Below, in pieces: positions 41,901-52,800 of a DNA stretch of 64,000 bases. The translations under genes were made by a program, and so were the position numbers. Under the pieces are notes generated by a model that did not search any database, had not been told where the DNA came from, and saw nothing but the letters and a program-made list of their open reading frames with translations. The stretch's first letter is position 1. Every line of letters starts with the position of its first letter. Origin of the DNA: Paragordius varius (taxonomy: Eukaryota > Animalia > Nematomorpha); NCBI GenBank assembly GCA_964247055.1, contig OZ176059.1:2108001-2172000 (forward strand), given 5' to 3'.

Positions 41901-43982
41901 AAAAAATTAAAAATAAAACATTTAATTTTTATATACGCCGCAAATACAGTCAAACTTATTTTTTGGGAATATTACAGGACCGAGGAACAAAAAATAAAAT
42001 TATCCAAAAAAATAATATTTTTTTTTTAATTAATTATAATTAGTCGATTGGCATAAAAAATATTATAGGAAAAAACTTTTTGCGTGAAAAAAAAGTCCAC
42101 ACAAAAACGTTTTTTTTTCAATAAATTTTTTAAAATATTAAAATGACATCAAAAAACGTGAGCATCTATCATTTGCAGTTATAACGTTTTGGAGCAGATA
42201 TATCCAACACAAACTTTTGCAAACCGCATTTTAAAATAAAAAACCTGCGGGCTGAATTCGTAAAACATATGGGCATTGGCAAATTAATTAAATAAACTTC
42301 AAATTTTAATCATTTTGTTCTAGTTCAGCACCCAAATTTGAAAGAATTTTAAGAAAATTTATTTATAAGATAATGAAATTTTACATGGATTTCGTAAAAA
42401 TTTACATACAAAAATTCTCCTCAAAGCTATTTTTAAATGGCCAATTTGGTATTTAAATGGGTAAAAGCATATATTGAATTCACATATCTGTTGTCATGTA
42501 TGAAATTTTTCATTTTTTATTACAGTATGCATTTTACTGATTGCTTATTTCACACTAAAGTTGGGCTATTTGTAACACAGTAGTATATGGAAAAAACAAC
42601 AAAGTGTTGAATATACAATTTTTTCCGTTTCTTACATTGCTTTGTTTATTTTAATCAATATTTTGTTGTTTTTTCCATACACTACTGTGCAATTTCCCAG
42701 CTAAAATGTGAAATTAGCAACCATTAAAATATATACTGTAGTTACATATTTATAATTAAAATTTTGGAGAATTAATACAGTGTGCCGCTTGTTCGAAAAA
42801 AGTATATTATATTTAACTAATAAAAATGAAAAATCCCATATACAGCAGCAGAAATGTAAATAGCCATTAAAAATACTAAAATGGCCAACAATAGCTCTAA
42901 TTTTGCAATTTTTCACTTATTTTCAGTCGAAAGCAACATTTAAACAAGCAAGCGTAACTATAAATGTAGCGTTTGGATTAAACATTATTGCGTTTGCATG
43001 AAAAAATGTTCGGTTGGTTGAAAAAATGTTGCATTTGCTTGAAAAAATCGTTTGGTTAAAAAATGCATTAGCCTGAAAAATGTTGTGTATGAAAAAAATG
43101 TTGCGTTTGGTTGATAAAGTGTTGCGAGAGACTGAAAAATGGTAGATTAAAACAGCAGGCTGTCATCTAAATATAATGCCTTTTGTCGGTCACAAATTAA
43201 CTTTAAAAGTTATATGTGGATTTATAATAACCAATGCGCAAAACTTTTCTGTATATTTGTTAACCCCAGGAGACATAAAAATTATTTTACGAAAAAGGTA
43301 AATAAAATCCGCCCTCAAAATAAGTCGGCATAAAAAGCGATAAATTTAGAATATTAGTGTTTTGTTTATATTATGTAATACAAAAAAAATTTCAAATATT
43401 TTCCATTCCTAATCAACTTTTATAATTGTAAAATATAAATCAAAAGAATAATAACGGTCTTAAACAATTGCCTGTATACAATCGAGAAATTATGTGTAGA
43501 TTATAAAACCTGGTAAGCTCCAGGTCTTGTTTGTGATATTTCAAAGAGCTGTCGTAATCCTGCTTATAATAAAAACAATTTCCCAAATTATTGTTGGCAC
43601 AACTGAGTAAAGATATAAGTTTTGGATAAAAATCTTCAATGTTAAATGAAGTATTATCATCATCCTCCTGATTATTACTATTATCATTAAGGCCAGATAA
43701 TTGTGTTAAAATATGATTACATTTTACAATACATTTTTCAAACATTTTGATTGCCTCATTGTAATAAAAGTGATGAACTGAGCTATTGGTATAACTAGAT
43801 GAGATTTCTGAACCATTATGAATAGATTGACTGGCTAGACTAATTTCCTCATAAGTGTTGGTAAATGGATTCTTTTGTGACAAAGATACAATATTTTGAG
43901 CCATATGTGCAAGCGAACAGGCTTCTTGGAATATTTCCCATATATTTGAAAAAGAATTTTGGTTATCAAAAGGTTCGGGCAT
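29781..43982 (-). CDS. Divergent Pins/GPSM (LGN/AGS3-family) TPR + GoLoco protein, about 956 aa, 7 exons
   Basis: Exons 43982-43510, 41859-41640, 40676-40255, 38441-38371, 37272-36299, 32268-32142, 30364-29781 (2871 nt, phases consistent). TPR-like LSCANNNLGNCFYYKQDYDSSLKYHKQDLELTR, AHIELARELG and ADGRSLTKIGTLMMAL; linker RRRYYSMEHME (GPSM2 RRHSMENME); GoLoco DETSQLFEQIYAAQNARMNDQRVEF. The 3' exons are supported by phase and splice signals only. Confidence 0.75.
30724..31056. mobile_element. Decayed hAT-type MITE (gggccgc motifs)
   Basis: Ends gggggtatc / gagacccct; internal gggccgcattttcgac and gggccgcgtg shared with 12885-13131; no clean TSD. Confidence 0.55.
31079..31904 (+). mobile_element. 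5'-truncated RTE-type (RTE-X-like) non-LTR retrotransposon: PHD finger + RT thumb/C-terminus
   Basis: C4HC3 PHD (CLIC...CLKCKKWVHKKC...CSNC) followed by FTYLG, IRPVLIYATEA, RLRFAGHVHR, then a frameshifted KGRPLQSW...DAQDRCSWRK tail. Lies antisense in GPSM intron 6; no RT core or TSD seen. Confidence 0.85.
34710..35225 (+). mobile_element. Short non-autonomous Helitron (516 bp) in GPSM intron 5
   Basis: A|TCTATATATTT start; degenerate hairpin ctcgggttgcgtagcaggacgag then atttacgCTAG|T. Confidence 0.85.
37781..37850. repeat. (AT)n microsatellite, about 35 units
   Basis: Pure AT run; shorter runs at about 6379-6417, 18748-18775, 21948-21973, 30793-30822 and 49741-49766. Confidence 0.95.
37941..38217. 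mobile_element. MITE family with CCATTTA termini and ~21-bp subterminal repeats (caattcaaattcacccttgaa)
   Basis: Inverted arms built from 2-4 copies of the 21-mer. Copies at about 10307-10503, 14399-14672, 27820-28070, 33050-33380 and 52513-52650. Confidence 0.75.
42967..43140. repeat. Degenerate minisatellite, unit about 17-21 bp (gaaaaaatgttgcgtttggtt)
   Basis: About 8 imperfect head-to-tail units in GPSM intron 1. Confidence 0.8.
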
Positions 43983-44779
43983 ATTAAAAAGCTAATAAAA
44001 GGGATATATTTTAGAATATACGGTTCTAAAGTTCCAAAATTTAAAAATCGCAGATTTTACTGTACAAGTAAAACATGTGGTTTAATAATAATTTATTCAT
44101 ATAATACAATTTTATATAGTTAAATCAAATTTTTTTACCACTTCATTTTTTCGATTTGTTTATCTTTTGGGGTAGTTTTATAGCAGAGTTTAATTTTGTA
44201 ACTATATAACAGTTTCGAAAGTGATTTTAGTTAAAATTTTATCATCAAACATTGTTCTCATGCATTAGATAAAAAGCTTATATTTTTACGGTTTTGTAAC
44301 TTCAAGTGATTAAATTTTGGACAGCTTCATAATCCGATTGAAACAAACAACTATTATAAAAATTACAAAAATATCAGGTTTTTGCTGTTTAATGCAGTAG
44401 CCTCTTAAAGTTAATTATTAAATTTTTTATCCATAATATACAAATATTTGCCTGTTGCATTTAGGATTTAATAAAAAATTACTGAAAAAAGGCGGAAAAA
44501 GTTTGAGATGGGATTTACAAATTTTGCATATTTTAAAAAATATTTATGATATCAAAATATAGCTTATATTTTTTTATCACGCACTCCCGTCATTTTAGTC
44601 TTTATTCATTTTAGAGAGCAAAATTTTTTTTGACTTTCATTCCACATCAATGTATAGAAATTGTTTTTATTATATGTAGTTAATGATATATTTTAGTGAT
44701 ATTTTGGAATGCCTTTGCCTTTCACTAAAAAAATTTAATTCAAAGAATTGTGCAATTTTGCCATTTTCAGATATGGATC

Positions 44780-47730
44780 ACTAACCATAAAGGTTTAAAT
44801 AATCTTAAATCACTCGTAATGGTAACCAAAAGGACCATCATACCCAGATATATTTTGCGATCAAAATATACAATTCATCAGATTATTTCTTGTTTCCTTT
44901 GACGCCACCATTCTTCAACACTACATAATACACTTTAAAATTTTTGAATTAGTTTTATTTTAAATATTTAACTATAATGCCGCATTCCAATAATATTTAT
45001 AAACAATCTCCTTTTGATAGGGCATTTAGCCCATTATTATACGTTCGAAAATTTCGAATTTTCGGACCTTATTTAAAATCAAAATTTAAAAAAATTTTGC
45101 TTTTATTTTAAAATATACTATTTGATCAAAATTTTTGGTTTATAGCCTTTTACACAAAAATTGCATCCTATTTTTTCTGCGATTTCATGCTCTTGTGATA
45201 CGCCATGACTATAGATTTATTTATATTGCTGTATCTGCTGTTAAAAGACGCATATGTCAGCAATCACTGTTCTAGCGAAACAAAATTTAATAAACGTTAC
45301 TCATTAGTTTTTATATCTTTTTCTAAAAAAATCTCCTATTTTTTCGATCACTATTAACAGTTTACCACCCATAATAGCCAAACACACCAGCAATGTGCAT
45401 ATGTAACGCTCCTACCATCCCGATCCCATCGATAAAGCAGGTTCTAACACTGATTCGGCCTTTTTTCCCAATACAAATTATTTACTACTGACCTTCATTT
45501 AATCCTTCTCAATTTCATACAAAAAATATGAAACCTTTCCATTTTGCACTATATTCTTGTTCTCGCTAGGTGACTTGCATCTTAAATAGAATTCATCTAT
45601 TAACAATCAAAAATATATTAACATGTTTCCGATTCGCAAATGCTGCCAACTTTTGCAAGTTCTATTCATGGTTGTTTCCGGCTTTTATCGACTCTACTAC
45701 AATGGATCTTTGGTTGTCCTGATAACACCCACACTAGTTAGACACTGATATTTTAAAAGGGTGTTTTTACGATGGAGAGAGTCATATAGGACATTTAACA
45801 CATCTTTTGAGATATTAATAAAAAAATAAATCTGAACTATATTGAAGAATTTTAAGGTGCAAATTTTCAAGATTTGTCACCGATATAAAATATTTAAAAA
45901 ATTGCAGATACAAGGATCTCATTGATTGGTTTTTTTATATTATAAAATATTTTACATTTATATCTTGGTTTTTTTGAAAGGGTTTCAATTTGATGGGGCG
46001 TGATCAAAAAAAGGTTGGGAATAACCGCCCTATAGTATAAGAAATTGTGGAAATATCTAAACTATGCTTTTAACTGATTTTATGTTGCAAATATTGGTTC
46101 AGTTATACTATACTACTCCGTTTACCATATTTAACATGACTTAAAATCACCCAAAATCTTTATCTTAAGCATCATTTCACATTATCTATCTGGATTGTCT
46201 GTCTTTAAAAAATTTGTATATCAGTTTGTTTCGTTAATACCCATCTTTTTTATGCTCTCGATATACCACATTACTTGTTAACTACTTCTCCAAATAAATT
46301 GTTATCAATTGACCACGAGCTCACAAAAAATACAAGCAGAGGAGTATGAAATATTTAAAATAATCAGGAAGCATCAAAAATGCCAAAAATGTCTATAACG
46401 TTATGCTATCAACCGGTATTAAATAAATTTGATTTTATATACTTATAGAAATATCATGGGCAAGCTAATTAATTTGTTCACCATACCATTTCTATTTCCT
46501 CAAATAAACTCACCTACTCCAACTGGTTTAAAACGTTAACTTGTTTTTACCATCACCCAAATATCAAAGTACACTCATTTCTTACATTAGTCTCTTAAAG
46601 AATAGAAACGGATGACAAATTAGATGTATACACTTGCAAGAAAATTAGTTTTCTTTGTCTTAGCTCTTCGGCAATCGACAAGTGTCTTTTAAAAACCTTG
46701 GTAAGCGTCTGCAATAACCAATTTTAGTGCTAAATGGTATAACGTTGGGATTATCTGGGAAATTTTCCTGTGACCATCTGTATATGATTACTCTAAAGTG
46801 ACTATGGATTATTAGATTTAAAATAACGAGAGGTTTTATGGGATCCGTAAAAATCTACCATATCGTGTCTAATCTATTCTTTTAAATATTTTTTAGACCT
46901 ATTCTCCACCCGTTCGGGTATAATATTCTGCTCAACTCAAATTTAACATCCATTTAACTTTCACTGTTTCTCGAGCGAATGGGATTTCCCACATTCTTCT
47001 ATATATCGAAATTGATTTCTGTTATGTTAGCTCCGGTATCATATATTTTTTCGGTCATTTACCATTATCATAATTTTTGGTTTTTGTAATAGCGGTCATT
47101 CTTTTTAAGATTATGTCGATTGGATACATTCTTTAGAGAATTTAAGGTTTATGGTACTCTGACAACAATAATCGCATTGATAATACAATCAGTCGTTTAC
47201 GGTTGATTCATTGGATAATATCAGTGTTCGTGCAATAGATGTAGGAAAAACCAAATAAGTGTCCTGTATAGAACTCAATGCAAATGCGGGAAACCAAATC
47301 CGTTATCTTAGTGTAGAGCAACTAACACACCCAAGCCTGTATCTAATTGACAGAATGTAACTTTAACCTTACAAATACCATTATACGTAACAATAAAAAG
47401 TCACGACCATGCAAAAGTCTACATTAATCACATCGGAGCTGATGTAGGTGTGATTAATTAAAAAACAGAATAAACGCGGAAATACACCTAATACCGGCTG
47501 TGAGAGCTAATGACAACAAAATAATATTGTACCATTATTGGGTATAACAACGGTGAGATTTGATATGGATGTGGTCAAAACGTGGAATTTGCAGAATTCT
47601 GTGCATAAATCAAGGAAGGAAGAGAATTAGTATACGTCGAATCTGTAGATTAGATTGAGTCGCGTCATTAAACATCGGCATTCCACAGTTACAGGTAAAC
47701 TATATTAAACAAATCGCAAACGGCGCTAAA
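44780..47730 (-). mobile_element. Degraded Ty3/Gypsy LTR-retrotransposon internal region
   Basis: Minus-strand order: protease-like FCQLDTGLGVLV (~47330-47360), RT-like ADAYQ (~46700) and VYFDIWVMVKT (~46560), integrase-like LHMHIAG (~45390), YDGPF (~44830). Many stops and frameshifts; LTRs not found. Confidence 0.7.
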
Positions 47731-47901
47731 TAATTAAAGAAAAAGTATTTGTTTTATAGTCCTCGAAATGAGAAAAAATGGATAAATGTGCGTTATAAAA
47801 AGTATAGATAGATCAAAATCAATACAAGTGCAAAATACTGTAGAAATTAAAAATATAGACAAAATTTTATGACATGAAGACAATATTTTTTTCAAAAACT
47901 A

Positions 47902-48091
47902 CAGTAGGAGTAAGTATATACAGCTAGAAAGTTATTAATTATTAAATAGCATATGCAGCAAAGAGAATTATTATTGGCTAATAATAGTAAAAAGTAAAAA
48001 AATAACTATTAGCCAATAATACTCCCCTTTGTTGTGTGTGCTATTTGCAAATAATTAATAACTTTCTAGAATTGTATACTTACTCATTGTG
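47902..48091. mobile_element. Foldback MITE (cagtaggagtaagtata... arms)
   Basis: Inverted arms ctagaaagttattaatta...ttattggctaata / tattagccaataa...taattaataactttctag; partial relative at about 4010-4110. Confidence 0.7.
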
Positions 48092-49735
48092 TGATTTAAA
48101 CCTTAATTTTTCTTATTTATTTAATTATAAAACACATAAATGATTGTATTACCAGTATTTCACACTTTGCACAATTTAAAACATCGAGTTATATCTAAAA
48201 ACATCAAGTTTAAAATAAGTAAGTGATTTTTTGTTAAATAAAATAGTCTTTTTTATTTTTACGTTTTGTTTGTATATTCTATACCTAAATTTAAAAGGTT
48301 AACAAAACAAAGCAAAATAAGATTTTTAATAGATTTGTTTTTTATTGATACCCATAAAATTAATTATATCATAAGGATTATGATAAATAATTAGATATCA
48401 TAATGGTTTATTATTTACAATTTGGCTCAATAGATAGATATATTGTGAATGCGCGGATAACAAGATATATAACAATATATATGGTCCTGTTTTTTAAAAA
48501 AGTTCAAATTTGTGACATAAATTTATATATATATATATATATATATAATAACAAATAAGGTCAAAAAAAGGAATTACAGTAAAAAATGAAATTATACAGA
48601 TGTAACGTAAAAACAAAAAGCCAAATATTTTTTTCCAAATGACAACCATACATTTTTAAACCCTTAAAATTTGAAATATAACTCATCGTTTTTGGTTGAA
48701 AAACGTGAAATAAACATGTAAATTGGTAGTAACACACTCAATTATATATTAACAAATACAAAAAAGTACATAGAGTATTGAGTACAAAAAATTAAGATAT
48801 GAAAAAGTATGGTTGTCTTTTTTAAAAAAATATGTTTTTACATTTTGTCTGTATTATATAAATCTTTACTGTGTGTGTTAATATAAGTTATAGTAATATT
48901 ATTTAAATACAAGTGTTATGATCATTAGTTTGTGCGCATTTCCATGTATTAAAGTTATATATATAAAATTTATAAAATCCACAGTTCTGATTATAGGAAA
49001 AAACATATTGTCGACTGTGGGTAAAAGAATCGCAAAAAAACCATTTTAAACCCTAAAATCATAATAATTCAAAATTATGTGTGATCATTTGCTCAACGTT
49101 ATATAATATATAAATTAGTTGTTTAAAAAAAGCTATATATTATATAAATCAACGGTGGTATTTATCGAAATCGAAACCATTATATAATATGCAAAACTAA
49201 TTAATAATTAACAATTACAGTATGCATTTTAATGGTTGCTTATTTCACACTATAGTAGTAGGGCAATTCGCAACACAACAGTAGTGTATAGAAAAAGCAA
49301 AAAAATGTTGGATAACCAATTATTTCCTTTCTTTTTTCCATACACTCTTGTGTTGCAAATTACCCGACTACTATAGTGTGAAATAAGAAACCATTAAAAT
49401 GTATAGTGTATGTAGTATTTGAATTGTGGTATACTATCATAACAATAGTAATATGTTTACTAAACCTCTGCAAACTCTTGAAATAATTTGATTATATAAT
49501 TATACATTTATAAAAATTAATGATTTTTTTACATAAAATCTGTTTTTATGTTGTGATTTTTGGCTAAAATTTGGGATTATCAACAGGCTAAACGCAATCC
49601 ACACTTCATAAGCATATAAGACAGGTAATATTCACAATATCGAGTAAGTATCTAAATCATGTACAATATAAATATAATTATAAATATAAAATTAACCTAA
49701 AAAATAAAAAGATTTCAACGCAAATTTTTAACTTT

Positions 49736-49766
<31 letters not shown>

Positions 49767-49867
49767 CTATATATAAACTCAAAAAATGAGAAATATATAG
49801 CATAAAAAGTTATATAATAAACTTGAACTTTATTTTCCATATTATAGTATTTATAAAAGAAACCTGT

Positions 49868-52800
49868 TTAGGGTTGATGGATCATATTAATGGGAATGTG
49901 AGTTGTTATACGAATTTGTGAGGAAGGAACCACCCCTTCCATTGTTTTATGCAATCTCCCATCAAACAATAGGGTAGATAATCCAAATAATATGAAAACT
50001 ATAGCACCAACTAATGTAACTAAAAAATAATGAGATTTAAAAATTTTAAATTATATTTTCAATTTACAAATATATACAGTCATGTATCCTTTATTTTATC
50101 AAAAAATTATTTTTTTGTTAAATGGGTATAAATATTTGGTAAAGAATGAAAAAAACAAGAGCTCTATGGTATTAACAATATCATATTCATCAAAAAGTAT
50201 AAGAATTACTTTAGAGCTCTTGTTTTTTCCATTCTTTACCGAATATTTATACCGATTTAACGAAAAAAAAATAATTTTTTGATAAAATAAAGGATACATG
50301 ACTGTATATATGTTAGGGTAGTTTGAAAATATAATATAATATTTGGTAAGAAATAATTTTACACTACATCTTGAAACAAATGTATCTTTTTTACCTTATT
50401 GTGACCTCAAACAAACTTTTAATTGGGCGACAAAATATAATGCAAAATTTTTCCTTTTCTAAACTTTAATGCGAAAAGTTAAAGCTAATCGCTCGTAGGT
50501 TTACATTTCTCCACGTTTAAAAATTATTTATATTGTGCAAAATACAAAAATTTACCATTAAAATCAAATACAGGTTTTGCCTTAAAAATTAAAATATTCT
50601 TTTATAATTGCACATAGGAATCAACACATATTACTTATTAAATATAAAGTTAAAGTGTTTATATACATTTCGTTATAAAGTAACATATATTCACACAATG
50701 GAAAAAAGATGGATAAAAATTGTATAATTTCAACCATTTGCAGTTTTATCGTCATCATATATAATGTTCAGGGGATAAAATTAACCCCAAAAACGTCTCT
50801 TTTACTATAAAACGCTAAAAATTAGAGCATAATACTAGGAATTACATAATGTACATAAAAAGCACATTCTTTATTTAACAAATTACTACTTACCAAATCG
50901 AACAGATAGCTTGGTTGATATATAGCGTCCAGCTACAACAGCTAACATAGTACAAAGTGAATGACCCAATATTGCACCGATGGTTACACCTTGTACATTC
51001 TATAATTAACAAGATTTTATATATAATTAAAAAATAATAAAGTGGTGGAATATATCTAAATTATTAACTAAGCAACTTTATTTAAAGTATCGAAGTTTAA
51101 AATCTGAAAGGTAACATTTTTAAATATAAATTAAATTTTTTATTTTTCAATACCATTTTTAAAATGTTAGATAAGGAGTAGTTAAGGGCAAATTGTATTG
51201 CAAAACTGCGTTATAAACATCCATTATCATATTGGTTTTATGGATAAAAATAAACAAAAATATGGCTGATTTTATTAAAAATTCATCCTTTAACATTCAT
51301 CGGCAGTTCTCTGTATTATACACCTAAATTAATTTAAAAATTAGGCTTTATCATTACAAATGTCATTGTATTTTATATTGACCAAATTTTTCCAATCAAT
51401 AAATATTCATTTACGATATGTTAATTTAAGGCTAAAAATATAAAATTAAAACCCGAAACGTAAATTTGAATTAAAAACAACTATAATACTAAATCTTGTA
51501 TAAATCAACCCATTAATATTCAGACGATTATGTTAAATTAAAACTACTAAAAATACTAAACTAAAACTCGAAACATATACAGTCATGTATCCTTTATTTT
51601 ATCAAAATTTATTTTTTTCGTTAAATGGGTATAATTATTTGGTAAAGAATGGAAAAAACAAGAGCTCTATGGTATTAACAATATCATATTCATCAAAAAG
51701 TATAAGAATTACTTTAGAGCTCTTGTTTTTTCCATTCTTTACCGAATATTTATACCCATTTAACGAAAAAATAAATTTTATATAAAACAAAGGATACGTG
51801 ACTATATGTCAGATATGAAAACTTCAAATAGTTAAACAACCTCTTTAGCCGCTAAAACTATGGTAGCTATTTGGCTTCGGTCCCCCCACTCAGCTAAAAA
51901 GGTCATAGTGAATGCCTGTAAGCCAACCGTGCAAATCAGCTGAGCCAGGGCCGAATTTTTGGGTACAAAATATTTATGAATAAGGTGTCTAACTGCATCA
52001 TGCGTAGGAGCTTTGTATCGATGACCGCCTTTTTTATGGTGGTCAGTTTTAGCGATCACGTGACTAGAGGCGGACCGCCCTTCCTCCAGGTCAAGGATAG
52101 CAACGGTACTTGGAGATGATATGCAAACCCCATTTAATGATGTGTCTGCGGTCCCGGCACCCGTATGTATAGCTAATTCGGTGTACTATTTATAAGGATG
52201 ATAGTTTAAGTCAATAATATATTGTTTGTTGCTTATTAATTCAAATGTGGTTTACAGTATATGAATAAGTATACATTGCTAGTTTCAAATTTAATATTGA
52301 CAATAATTGTATACAATAATATATTCAGTTTGAAAAATAATTCCTTTTTAAGAATTTGAAACTAGTCATTATTTGATTTGCTATTTCAATTTTATACCTA
52401 TAGCAAATAAAAATTTTATAATTAACATTCAGTATGAATGTTATTGGCAATAATATTAAAAAGTGAAAAAAATAACTTTACGCCAATGTAATATTGCCCT
52501 TTGCTTATTATACCATTTACAATTCAATTCACCCTTCGACAATTCAAATTCATTCTCAAACAGTTCAAACTCACCTTTAAACAATTCAAATATACCCTTG
52601 AACAACTCAAAGTAACCCTAAAAATAATTATGTCTTTTTGCTAATATAACTTACACTATACAACAAATTTTCTGCCGTTAGTGTTCTGCCACTCAAGTTT
52701 ATATATTTACTATCATTTCAGATATCTATTCGTATCAAATTTTTTTCATTCATTCTTTCATCCAAATCATATTTATATATCATATGATGCACCACCTAAA

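Noticed and set aside
50082-51785. Mirror ORFs 50082-50282(+), 50099-50299(-) and 51585-51785(+)
   Set aside because: They are translations of a palindromic MITE, so they appear on both strands and in every copy.
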